Positions 53,001-64,000 of a DNA stretch of 64,000 nt are shown here, one piece after another. The stretch is taken from NCBI RefSeq assembly GCF_021869535.1, contig NW_026262690.1, positions 91,016,001 through 91,080,000 of the forward strand, read 5' to 3'. The translations under genes and the position numbers were made by a program. Within the stretch, counting starts at the first letter, position 1, and each line of letters opens with the position of its first letter. The notes under the pieces are model-generated. The model did not search any database, was not told the origin of the DNA, and saw only the letters and a program-made list of their open reading frames with translations. Origin of the DNA: Mytilus californianus (lineage: Eukaryota).

Positions 53001-54903
53001 AATCAATTCTAAAATGTTAACCATTTTTACATTTTCAAAAGAAAGTGAAGAAATTAGTGAAGTCTCCAGATATATTTGTGCATGTTATCAGGAGGGGTCT
53101 TTCAGTCTTCTATTTCAAAATTCCCATCAGTTTTAATAATTCATGATTTTTCATACAAACCTTAGTTTTCCAAGAAAAAGGTCCAGAAAATTCATCTTGC
53201 CATGTCCAAAACTGTAACAAAAAATGTACACTCTAAGTAAGCCACAGCTTTTTTTTTTTAAAGATGGAATACATATGTACAATTGAAAGAAATGAGATAT
53301 TCATGAATAACATGAACGGTTTAAGTTTGTAATACCCTGTGAATATGATCCTTATACGATAGAAGCACAATTTAAATCGAGATGATAAGTCCAAACAACT
53401 GAAAAGCTGCTGGAATTTTTAAGCACATAAAACAGTAATAGACTTTGCTCCATGGACTACAAACTTTATGATTGTGTTGACGGCTCTAAATGTATGCAAA
53501 TAGTAAGTTTTCTGTCACCTATAGTTGTTAATTTCTATGTCATTTGATCTCTGGTGGAGTGTTGTCTCATTGGTAATCATACCACATCTTCTTATTTTTG
53601 TATTAATATTGAAAAAAAATGTTTGCTACTAATATACACTTTCTTAATGTTCAATATGGGGCCACAGATTATAAACTGCATCTTAATAATAGAAAAAGGT
53701 CGTTACTTTAATATTAGAAAATAGAATATGCAAACTCTGTAATGAGGAAATAGAAGATGAGATGCACTTATTTTAAACATGTAAAGCTTTGGTTAATGTT
53801 GGAAGTTTCTTTCTTAGCAAAATATTTAGTAAAGATAAAAATATTTCAAAACTTAATTCTCTTTTTTATTTGGTTAATGGAAAATCAAGATAAAAACAGT
53901 GTCAATCATTAGCAATGATTAGAGGTTTTAAATAAAAATAGAAAAACAACATTAAATTAGATTGCCTTGTATAGAGTTACAAATGTATAGATATATATGT
54001 ATATATGATCATATATGCATTTACATTAATAACATTCAATTAATAATGATATGCTACATTAAGGTGTGCTGTCCAGTACAGGGTCCAGAATAACAAACAA
54101 TGGGTCACATTATATTATAATCTTTTATTATAACAAATTACTTATTTCATTTACCATGTTTACTTTAATATTAGATGTTAATCCATTGAATCAAAACTAA
54201 TGTTATAATTTGTTTAACCTATTTTTATTTTACTGATATTATGTTTGAACAATTATATTGTAAATATTCTGCCCATTTTGGAAGTTGTGATTTGCAAATA
54301 AAGTGTATTTGTTTGTTTGTTCATAACAATTGAAGTACACTGTTGGTACAAAATGTACATTAAAAATAAATTTTAATTTAATTCATTTTTCTATATAATC
54401 ACAGTGATTTCTTCATTTTCAGATAGGTTTGACATTACTTAATAGGATTTCGGTACATTCTAGATTGATTTCAGCATTCAAAGGGATTTTAGCATCTTAA
54501 GATTATGGACCTCTATTGGACAGAAAATTTTTTAGGGAATCTTCTAATAAAATTTTAGGAAATATCAACCCTGTTATACAATGTCATTATGACTTGACTA
54601 GTAGTGACACGCTATACGCATTTTTGTTCTTACATCATTTGTTTCATCAACAACAATCTTTTCCCCCATCTGAACCTTGAGAACTGGATAAGATATTGGG
54701 TATACATCCCCTTTACCATAATCTTTATATCTGTCGCGGACATCTGGATGGACGAAGTAATCATCAAGAATGTCATCTTGTCTTTTTTCATCAAACGTTT
54801 CCCATTTTTCATTGAAAAGTGATTTGACCATTCGCGTTTCTTGAACAATTTTACGTGTAAGGGGGTTTATAGATTCAAAATATGCAGCAGAGATGGTATC
54901 CAT
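50048..54903 (-). CDS. C1orf198: C1orf198-like (DUF4706) protein; whole gene, 4 exons (54634-54903, 53161-53211, 51630-52409, 50048-50098), 383 aa
   Basis: All introns phase 0 and GT-AG. The N-terminal YFESINPLTRKIVQE, internal TWQDEFSGPFSWKTKSQ and C-terminal KTGFDFLDEW* match vertebrate C1orf198 motifs as recalled (YFSSLSPMARKIMQD, TWQDEHSAPFSWETKSQ, TGFDFLDNW*). Confidence 0.88.
51630..52409 (-). CDS. C1orf198: C1orf198-like exon 3 (low-complexity Ser/Asp/Lys-rich region)
   Basis: SQQDLTLLDLEPEQ...SHGSM, donor GTAAGA; this exon explains ORF 51525-52382. Confidence 0.88.
53161..53211 (-). CDS. C1orf198: C1orf198-like exon 2
   Basis: ttgttacag acceptor; FWTWQDEFSGPFSWKTK; GT donor. Confidence 0.88.
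54634..54903 (-). CDS. C1orf198: C1orf198-like exon 1
   Basis: MDTISAAYFESINPLTRKIVQE...EKIVVDETND; donor GTAAGA. Confidence 0.88.
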
Positions 54904-55283
54904 AATTGTAATAAACGGACAACTGTCTGATTAACAAGGAAGTGACTCAGGAAACAATTTGACAGCCCAGCGGCAAAATTCTCTGATTGGATTGAAGACT
55001 TCCGAGATTAGCGAAAGAAAAATTGATGTACAACGCTGAAGGAAAATTAAATGTGAATGATACAACAGAAATATAGAAAAATATTCAAATGTTATTGATA
55101 TATTTATTATTTCATGTAAAGTTAATGCATAAAATAATTTTAATATCCATTTATTTGCATTCTAATTTTATGTTGATGTGTGCAATCGGTTCTGACCTTC
55201 ACCTTTTCTCTTCCTAGTGTAAACAGAAAGGGCACCTTTCAGTAATTCAGATAACATTTTTGTTGTGTATTTAGTAATATAAC
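54904..55283. promoter_or_regulatory. Putative bidirectional promoter between C1orf198-like and CHP1-like genes
   Basis: 380 bp between divergent ATGs. GGAAGTG at 54938-54944 overlaps TGACTCA at 54943-54949; ATTGG (CCAAT) at 54986-54990; ACTTCCG at 54998-55004. Confidence 0.6.
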
Positions 55284-55350
55284 ATGGGAGCTCGAGCATC
55301 TATACAGCTGCAAGACGAGGAGATTGAAGAAATACAAAATGAAACAGGAT
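55284..55350 (+). CDS. CHP1: CHP1-like exon 1
   Basis: MGARASIQLQDEEIEEIQNETG+T; donor GTAAGA. Confidence 0.93.
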
Positions 55351-58300
55351 GTAAGAAAAGTTATTTGTTATTTATTGTAAACAAAATTCTTTTTTTAATA
55401 TTTACACATGTCATTCCTGAGATAATCAGATTTTGTATAAAATATTTTCAGAACATACTGTACATGATGAATATATTGTGTTTAAAATATTTTCAAAACA
55501 GACTGTACATGACGAATCTGGGTGGATTCACCTTGATTCCAGTACACACCCTGAGTGGAATTGGCCCAAATTCCTGTTGGTCCCTATTTCATTGTTTGTT
55601 CACTCTAATTTTTGCTTGGCCAATGTCATTTCACCCTATTCCTATTCACAACTTGTCATTTCTTTCCTATTAAAAACTTAATTTTATTTGGTAAAGAATA
55701 TGAACTATCATGTTTTTTTATTATCAGTGCGAAAATGATATCTAAAAATGAAAATTGATTCCTGTGAGTAAAAGTTTTAATAGCTTTGTTTATTGAAAAC
55801 ATCTTGTAACTAAGCTGAGCAATGTAAAAACATACATCAACATATTAGTAATTATTAGGCAAGTCTTTTATTCTGGCATTAAAAGCAATAAATAAGTGAT
55901 TGATTAAACTGTCAAATTATTAATAACGGTAATCATTATTAACACCTTTTTGATCAATTATATAATATATAATTAAATTCATAGATATTTAGAATAGAAA
56001 GTAAAAGTCCATATCAATATGAAGACTTTATAAACATCCATAATTCAAAATTATATTATTAAAAACCCATATCATGCATATAGAATGTAATTTTAGAGTA
56101 GAGATGATTATAAAGACTTAACCTTAATTCAAGATTTTATTTTCAATTTCTATACACATATACATTTGTACCTTAATTCAAGATTTTATTTTCAGTTTCT
56201 ATACACATATACATTTGTTCCTTAATTCAAGATCTTATTTTCAGTTTCTATACACATATACATTTTACATCTATTTATACCATACCATCACAATTTATGT
56301 GCAAACAATGTCCTGAAAGGTTTAGACAATCTGAACTTTACATTGATAAATTTATTATGTTAAGACTTATTTTAAAACAAAATTCATCTGTTTTATTTTT
56401 AGAAAAACTCAACAGTAGCTATAGTAATTACACATTTTATATTAAAGAATAAATGTTATTTATATATTTTAAAAACAATGGTGAAACAACTACTTTTTTC
56501 CGGGTTTATTCCACTCAAAGCAAAACAACTGATGCTAACAGGAATCTGTTAAACTACCTATTACTGTAACAGTAGATTTTTTGTACATTGTTTACTCTAT
56601 TTGTTTTTAAAATGTCCATTATATTTTTGCTGAAGATATGATTATGTTAAATATTTATCAAGCAAACTTTCAGATGACAGGACAAGGGATTATTGTTCTG
56701 CTGAGAGACTAGTCTTTCAAGTGTTGAAAATATTTTTTGAAATAAGGATTTTCATGAAATAGCAAAAATATTCATATAAAATGAAAACAACTATTAAAAA
56801 TGGGAAATTTATTAACAGATAACCTATTAACTTATAATTAGGACAAACATGACAAAGACCATGTTAATAAAATTTCCATTATTTTTCAAATTTTAGGGAT
56901 GTGTTATTTCAATTTAAGTTGAAATACACAAATGTACAAAATGTACCTGATGGCTTTTGTTTAAAAAAAAAACATTTTGACCTATGTATTTAATACACTT
57001 ATTGTTTTAGCTAATTTAAGTACTTCAGACTTCTCAATATAACAAAAGCAAAACACACACAATAGATAAAACTGCATTGTGAGCATGTCTGATTCAACAA
57101 TAAAAACAAACCAATGGTCAAATGTTTATTTGTTACTTTGTATACAATTCTTTTTTTAATACATACATGAATTTTATTTACGTACATTATTTTTCAGTTT
57201 CCAGAAACCAAATTATCCGATTATATAGCCGCTTTGAAAGTTTAGACAAAAGTGGAAATGGATTTCTTAGGTATTGTATTTTAAACAGTTTTGTAATTTT
57301 TAAGTTTATGGTTAATTTTGATGATATAAGCAAACATTTCAAGTATGCCCTTATTCCATAACTATAATACAAAATTTTGTATAACTTACATGCATTGGGG
57401 TGTAACGCATATTTTTTCATATTCTTAGTAATATTTGATTTTAAAAATCTTTTTTTTTATGCTTGAAATTCTAGAATACACAGTAAATTGCTCATATATT
57501 TTTTTATACGACCGCAAAAAAATTTTTGTGGTCGTATATTGGTATGACGTTGGCGTCGTCGTCGTCGTCGTCGTCTGGCGTCGTCCGAAGACACATTGGT
57601 TTTCGCACTCTAACTTTAGTTTAAGTGAATGGATCTCTATGAAATTTTACCACAAGGTTCAATACCACAAAAGGAAGGTTGGGATTGATTTTGGGGGTTA
57701 TGGTACCAACAGTAAAGGAATTAGGGGCCAAAAAGGGGCCAAAAATAAGCATTTTTCTAGTTTCCAGACAATAACTTGTGTTCAAGTGTATGGATCTCTC
57801 TGAAATTGTACTGCAAGGTACCATACCACAAAGGGAAGGCTGGGATTGATGATGGGGGTAATTGCCTCAATATTTTAGGAATTAGGGGCCAAAAAGGGGC
57901 AAAAAAAAAGCATTTTTCTAGTTTTAGGACAATAACTTGTGTGTAAGTGTATGGATCTTTCTGAAATTATACTACAAGGTTCCATACCACAAAGGGAAAG
58001 CTGGGTTTGAGTTTGGGGGTAATTGCCCTAAATGTTTAGGAATTTGGGGCCAAAAAGGGGCCAAAAAACACATTTTTCTAGTTTCCAGACAATAACTTGT
58101 GTTCAAGTGTATGGATCTCTCTGAAATTGTACTGCAAGGTACCATACCACAAAGGGAAGGCTGGGATTGAGTTTGGGGGTGATGAATCATAAGGGGGTTC
58201 AAAAAATTTGGGGGGGGGATTTTTTTTTTTTTTCATTTTTTTTCTTTTTTTCATTTTTTTTTCTTTTAAAATTTTCCATTTTAAGTTGGTTATTTCTAAT

Positions 58301-61300
58301 TTATATTTAAAAGCAAATAATAATGATATGGTAGGAGATACGCACCAAACAAGATGTGTAAATTATTATATAATAAGTATTGTGCAATAGCAAGAAATTT
58401 TCAATTGCACAGTATTGCACAATAGCAAGAAATCTTCAATTGCACAGTATTGCGCAATAGCAAGAAATCTTCAATTGCACAGTATTGCGCAATAGCAAGA
58501 AATATCCAATAGCACAATATTGCGCAATAGCAAGAAATTGTCAATTGTACAGTATTGCGCAATAGCAAGAAATATTTAATTGCACAGTATTGTGCAAAAG
58601 AAGATACTTCGTATAAATTGCTTATTTCTTGACCAATTTCAATGGGGTTTTATTCTTGAATTCTTGGGGTTCTTTAATATGCTGAATCTAACCGTGTATT
58701 TAGTTTTTGGATTTTGGGCCCCGTTTTTAAATTGGTCCACATTGAGGTCCAAAGGGTCCAACATTAAACTTTGTTTGATTTCATCAAAAATTGAATTATT
58801 GGGGTTCTTTGATATGCCGAATCTAACTGTGTATTTAGATTCTTAATTTTTGGTTCCGTTTTCAAATTGGTCTACATTAAGGTCCAAAGGGTCCAAAATT
58901 AAACTTAGTTTGATTTTAACAAAAATTGAATTCCTAGGGTTCTTTGATATGCTGAATCTAAACATGTATTTAGATTTTTGATTATGGGCCCAGTTTTCAA
59001 GTTGGTCCAAATCGGGGTCCAAAATTAAACTTTGTTTGATTTCAACAAAAATTGAATATATGGGGTTCTTTGATATGCTGAAACTTACCATGTATTTAGA
59101 TTTTGGATATTGGACCATAATAGGTGAATGTCCAATTTAAAATTTTTAAGTTCTTAGACCACATTCATTCTGTGTCAGAAACCTATGCTGTGTCAAATAT
59201 TTAATCACAATCCAAATGCAAAGCTGTATCAAGCTTGAATGTTGTGTCCATACTTGCCCCAACTGTTCAGGGTTCGACCTCTGCGGTCGTATCAAGCTGC
59301 GCCCTGCGGAGCATTTTATTAACTTATATGTTTGCTACAGCTAATTACATGGACAGATGTTCATAGTATAAAACACAAAGAACAAAACCGAAAGAAAAAA
59401 TGAATAACCAAAAACCACAAAAAACAAATTTTGTGCTTGACGGAATTGAAGCCTTATTTTCTGTAAATATTACCGGTACTAAATTATATCAACTGAAAAT
59501 TCTATAAGATATATGTATACATAAATGTAATAAATCACACAACACTGCATGACAGCTTTAAAGCACTGACTAACAATTATCATTTTGAAATTTCTAGTCG
59601 AGAAGATTTCCTTAGAATTCCAGAGTTAGCCATCAATCCACTTGGTGACAGAATAGTGCATTCTTTCTTCCAAGAAAGGTAAGTACAGATAAATCATCAG
59701 AACATTGTTGTTTTAAGAACTGGCTGTTCCTATATACGGTCTGGCTATCTACCCTTCAAACCTTTGACCAAAAATTAGAGATCCATTTCAGTGTTCCAGC
59801 TAGGATTTCAAAAGGGCAGGGTGCCAATCCTGAAAAAGGGCATTTAACGCGTGATATGATATGAAAAGGGCATGTTTTAATAAAGATTATAATAAAACTT
59901 TGTTTGTTCATTGAATCACTGGTTATATATATACAAGAACAACATCATTACCCCAGAGAAAAAACTATCTTTCTACTTTTTAGGCTGAAAACTTATCAAG
60001 CAGCTTGTCACACAAGTTTTAAATCATTGCTTGGCACAGTTAAGCTTTATATGCAGTATTTTTTGAAAAATGTCCTGCTTCATTCTGTTTCTATGATCTG
60101 ACACACTTTACACGTTTCACCTTTCTACCTTTTCTGTGCTTAATGGCAATACAGCACAAAACAGCTGTAAATGCACAATGTTAGGATATAGTGAACAGTG
60201 AAAATTTGGATTGAAAATAAAAAATACAGAAAAAGATGACCAAGGCACCCTACCAACCTTGCTACTAAGACCCTCTTTAACTTTTCCCATGACTCAAAAC
60301 AACTTAACATATAAATTCTAAAGCCAGAAGTATGAAGACATATTTTATAATATCTTAGTAGGTTACTCAATGCTAGGAAAAAATAAGATTGAGTTATCTT
60401 TCTTTATTTGGGTGTGCTCCTTCTTTGGAGAATAATAAACAGTACGTAGACGGTGTAAATACGATCAACAATATGGCGACCGATTTTGTTATTTTCGTAT
60501 AAAAAATGAAGGCAGTCAATGAAAAATACGTCTTAATTTGCTATTTATTTCAAGGAAAACAATAAGAGCAATGTTTTTAACGAGTTGATTATGGTTTTCG
60601 ACTTTCTGTCAATTACGTTTTCTCCATGAAACTATGGTAAACATTGCTAATTGTGCCCAAGTTGTATGAACATTTCTTCAAGTTCAAAAACAAACAAATG
60701 CTGACTGACCGATTCTATTTGAATGAATTAATGTTGATGATCATTAAATGACCCATCCGATAAACGGATTACCTATAACAACAGATTATGACACCTGTTG
60801 TAACCGTTGATTAGCTTGGGGTCGTAAACAAAGTCATATACTTGTCGCCAGGTAAATTTTCGTAATTGGCTGATCATATCAATATGAACAAAATATATAC
60901 CAATCGCTCTTCAAAAAAGGCAGGGCTCTCCTAAGGGAAACAACTCATACAAATGGATCTCTAATTACAGGGTCAATTACAGTTTTGACAAATAGACTAT
61001 TAATAGGCTTTTATTGGTACAATGCAGATATACTGCTTTGTGTTGTATAGTATCACAGTATTTTAATATACCGGTATATTTTTTTAACTTTAAAACTGTT
61101 TTTCAGCAATGATGAGACAGTAAATTTCAGGCAGTTTATACATGTACTGGCTAGATTTAGACCTACAAAAGTTAAAATCAGTAAGAATAAGCTGAATACC
61201 AGGGAAGAAAAATTAAGATGTAAGTTTTGATATGCATATGCATGTACATGCACAACAATTAATTATAAAAGTACCAGGGTAAATAAAAATTTGAAATGAT

Positions 61301-62102
61301 ATCAATGCACAATAAAATAATAAAAAGATACACATTATCTCTGCAGGGCACATAACACAGGCAGTATCTTATACATTTAAAGCTATAAAAATATGAAGTC
61401 TGAAAAATCTGGATGAGTTGAAATCAAATTAACTGGTAGTTGTAAATTGTCTCTTTTACAAGAATTAATTGTGAAGTAAAAGATCTGTATATAAATTCAC
61501 AATTTTATTAAGGATATGATTCAATTTCCCCATTTTATTAGATTTCCACATCTGATGGTAATCTATAATTTTGTCTAGTAAAATTTCTTTGTTATACATA
61601 GTAATTGGTTTGCTGTACAGCCATTTCCGCTTTTATTTAAGATGAGGAAAATCAACTCGGATATAAAAATAAGTTTATGTCACGTCGATGAAGATTAGGA
61701 TGAGACTTAGGCATGTTTTTTCCAATGATGTTTGTGTTAGCATCAATGATTGATAATGTTTGTGATTAGGTCTGTTTATTAAGAACCACTAACGGCATGT
61801 CAATAATATTTGGTAGACAGTTATTACTATTTGCAAATCTTATTTCCATGGAGGTTATTTGGCCATGCCCCATCAGTCATGTTCCTTTCTCAAATTGAAT
61901 GAAACTTTTGCATAGTTTACATGTACATAGTTTACATGTTACAAAGGTGAAACATATCTCTGTGTCCACAATTTATTATAATAAGCTCTATATTTTAGTT
62001 GCCTTTAGAATGTATGATTTAGATGGTGATGATAAGATATCTAGAGATGAATTATTAGCAGTTTTACATATGATGGTTGGAGCAAATATATCAGAAGATC
62101 AA
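55284..62102 (+). CDS. CHP1: Calcineurin B homologous protein (CHP1-like), 5' part: exons 55284-55350, 57198-57270, 59598-59678, 61107-61219, 61999-62102; continues off the right edge
   Basis: MGARASIQLQDEEIEEIQNETGFSRNQIIRLYSRFESLDKSGNGFLSREDFLRIPELAINPLGDRIVHSFFQESNDETVNFRQFIHVLARFRP...REEKLRFAFRMYDLDGDDKISRDELLAVLHMMVGANISEDQ; myristoylation motif MGxxxS; consistent splice phases. Confidence 0.95.
56122..56265 (+). repeat. Minisatellite, 49-bp unit x3
   Basis: ccttaattcaagat...ctatacacatatacattt at 56122, 56171, 56220. Confidence 0.9.
57198..57270 (+). CDS. CHP1: CHP1-like exon 2 (EF1)
   Basis: SRNQIIRLYSRFESLDKSGNGFL; phases 1/2. Confidence 0.94.
57501..59317 (+). mobile_element. Long HINE (tacgac-gca family) with three internal tandem arrays
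   Basis: TACGACCGCA/TGCGGTCGTA subTIRs, (gtc)n, about 155-bp array (57600-58190), 35-bp array (58377-58600), about 130-bp array (58660-59100), 3' hairpin. Confidence 0.82.
59598..59678 (+). CDS. CHP1: CHP1-like exon 3
   Basis: REDFLRIPELAINPLGDRIVHSFFQE; phases 2/2. Confidence 0.95.
59789..60945. mobile_element. Degenerate relative of the 4237-5756 TIR element
   Basis: CAGTGTTCC start, AAAGGGCA motifs at both ends, internal segment at about 60790-60835 matching 5570-5615; termini and TSD imperfect. Confidence 0.45.
61107..61219 (+). CDS. CHP1: CHP1-like exon 4 (EF2 region)
   Basis: NDETVNFRQFIHVLARFRPTKVKISKNKLNTREEKLR; phases 2/1. Confidence 0.93.
61999..62102 (+). CDS. CHP1: CHP1-like exon 5 (EF3)
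   Basis: AFRMYDLDGDDKISRDELLAVLHMMVGANISEDQ; donor GTCAGT. Confidence 0.94.
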
Positions 62103-62204
62103 GTCAGTATATTTAACATAAATGTACACAAATTTAAAGTTTGTTCACCATTGCAAATAATGAAACATTGTTCTGTTCATTTTCTGTCGCAAAAAATGTG
62201 CTTA

Positions 62205-62410
62205 CTGTAAATTCAGACATTATTGCATACATTTATTATTGCGATTTTTAAAGAATGAACAATTTGCGAGATTAATTATTGAGGTTTCTGGAAAAGCTGC
62301 ATACAGATATAGGTATCAGATATCAGAATGCGGGTTCTCATTATTGGGATACTCACCAACTTGCATTATTCCCATTAATCAAAAACTCGCAATTATTTCT
62401 GAATTTACAG
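62205..62410. mobile_element. TA-target MITE (CTGTAAATTCAG family)
   Basis: TA-CTGTAAATTCAGA ... TCTGAATTTACAG-TA. Confidence 0.8.
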
Positions 62411-62507
62411 TATCATAGATTTCAAATTTTCATTATATCAAGGAAACTTAAGTGATTATTAATAAAAAGAACATGTTTTATATGAATTGCCCATACTGTG
62501 GATCATT

Positions 62508-64000
62508 AAGTCTCCCTGGGAAACGGAGTTGGGGTGATATACTGTTATTGTACGATTCTTTTTTTCTTTTTTTCTTATTCCACACTTTTTGTCCAGCTTA
62601 GTTCTCGGAATTGAATGGACCAATTTTGATGGAACTATACCATAATGTCAACCACCATGTGTAGTTGTGCACCTGACTTTGGAATTTAAAAAATGGCTGC
62701 CATTGCCATGAAAACAGCAAAAATGTGAAAAATCGAAAAGTGTTCCAAATTTAATGAAACTTTGTGTAAATGTTACTTGTCAGCAAAAGATGTGCAAACC
62801 ATCTTTGGAATTTCCAAAATGGCCGCCATTGCCATGGAATCTGGGCAAAGATTTACCATTGAACCTTATGGGAAAATCTTTTAAGTAGCATTTTCTCTCA
62901 TAAAATCGTAGATAAAACCTAGTAAAACTTTGATTTTATATTGCCCGTCATGTGAGATGGTGGTATCTGTCTTGGGAATTTTTTTAATTTTTACCGTTAC
63001 CATGGAAACAGTAAAATGTTAAAAAATCTCAAAACTTTATGAAACTTCACAGAAATGTTAACTGGCATATGTACAGATGTCATGCATAAATGTACATTCA
63101 GTGTTTAATTTTTTCAAAATGGCTGCCACTTAGTGGCAATGGGCGGACTGGGGTGACATCCGCTATTGCTTGCAATGGCAATTCTAGTTATTATGTCACC
63201 CGATCGACAATGTCGGGTGACATATTGCTTTTCCTCTGTTTCTTTACTATTATTATGTCACCCGATCGACAATGTCGGGTGACATATTGCTTTTCCTCTG
63301 TTTCTTTTTCCCTATTATTATTATTTTTCTTCCACCTAATTTTGTCTGGCAGTTTTCTCAGAGGCAATGGAACCAATCTTCATGATTGTTGCATAATAAG
63401 GACCACCATCAGTGGAGTTGCAGTGAAACTTTGGAACTTTAAAATGGCCACTGTTTCCATGGAAACAGCAGAAATGTGAAAAATAATTTTTTTGTTTTTG
63501 ATGACTAATTTGAGAATGCCTGAACTAAAAATCATCGGAACTACTGTATTGCCATGGAAACTGGGGAAAGGTTTCCCATCATAACCCTATGGGAAAAACC
63601 TTAAAGTAGCATTTTCTCTCTTAAAATGGTAGGTCAAATCCATTGAAACTTTGATGGTATGTTCCCTCCCATGTACCAATGTGGCATCTGTCATTACAAT
63701 TTTGGGAATGGTCATTGTTACCATGGAAACCAGCAAAAATTTCAAAATGCACCAAACTAAATATAACTTTATATTAATGCTAACTGGCATGTATAGATAA
63801 GACTTTTGACTTTGGACTTTCCAAAATGGTCGCCGTTGCCATGGAAACAGTAAAAATGTGAAAATTTCAAAATGCTCCAAATGTTCTGAAAATTTACAGA
63901 AAGATGTATTGCCATGCATATAATATTATTATGTGCATTCACTGTTTAATATTTTTAAAATGGCTAACACTTAGTGGCAATTGGGGAAGGTTGACATCCG
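62508..64000 (+). mobile_element. Two head-to-tail HINE-like elements with ccatggaaac tandem units
   Basis: The first ends ...gtgacatccgctattgcttgcaatggcaattctagtt (about 63187). The second starts at 63188, and its 3' part (aaaatggct..cacttagtggcaa...gacatccg) mirrors 63115-63162 at the window edge. Confidence 0.65.

Noticed and set aside
55351-55681. 129-aa and 82-aa ORFs extending past CHP exon 1
   Set aside because: CHP similarity stops exactly at the GTAAGA donor; the rest is intronic read-through.
58377-58600. Regular 35-bp repeats resembling a CRISPR array
   Set aside because: Units are directly adjacent with no spacers, lie inside a HINE in a eukaryotic intron, and no cas genes are present.
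63090-63479. 129-aa ORF (and similar ORFs at 57435, 58580, 58843, 63587, 10766, 8634, 35042)
   Set aside because: They lie within HINE repeats, show duplicated peptide segments reflecting DNA repeats, and have no recognisable domain.
1-64000. Genuine tRNA/rRNA genes or an autonomous Helentron, LINE or LTR element
   Set aside because: A/B boxes occur only in SINE heads without a full cloverleaf; no Rep/helicase, RT or transposase ORF was seen.

Overview
AT-rich, intron-rich animal genomic DNA; the repeat complement suggests a bivalve, probably a mytilid mussel (inference). Four genes were reconstructed by hand from splice sites and protein recognition, arranged as two head-to-head pairs that meet tail-to-tail. 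(1) AIDA homolog: first coding exon at 5992-6107 (-), missed by the ORF track; the rest runs off the left edge. (2) Complete 24-coding-exon Son of sevenless gene, 6595-42595 (+), about 1248 aa. (3) Complete 4-exon C1orf198/DUF4706 homolog, 50048-54903 (-), 383 aa. (4) First five exons of a calcineurin B homologous protein (CHP1-like), 55284-62102 (+), continuing off the right edge. Introns hold several Helentron-derived HINE families with internal tandem arrays, TA-target and PIF/Harbinger MITEs, TIR elements with 5-bp TSDs, and tRNA-derived SINEs. The most notable observations: apparent paired substitution of the two contacting autoinhibition/allosteric residues of SOS (M269-equivalent L, W729-equivalent M); exon-end duplications that create arrays of decoy splice donors in two SOS introns; a uORF in the AIDA/SOS bidirectional promoter; a compensatory change in HINE subterminal inverted repeats; a consensus-type EF-hand 1 in CHP. 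I found no wholly new biological system, no CRISPR array and no autonomous transposase ORF.
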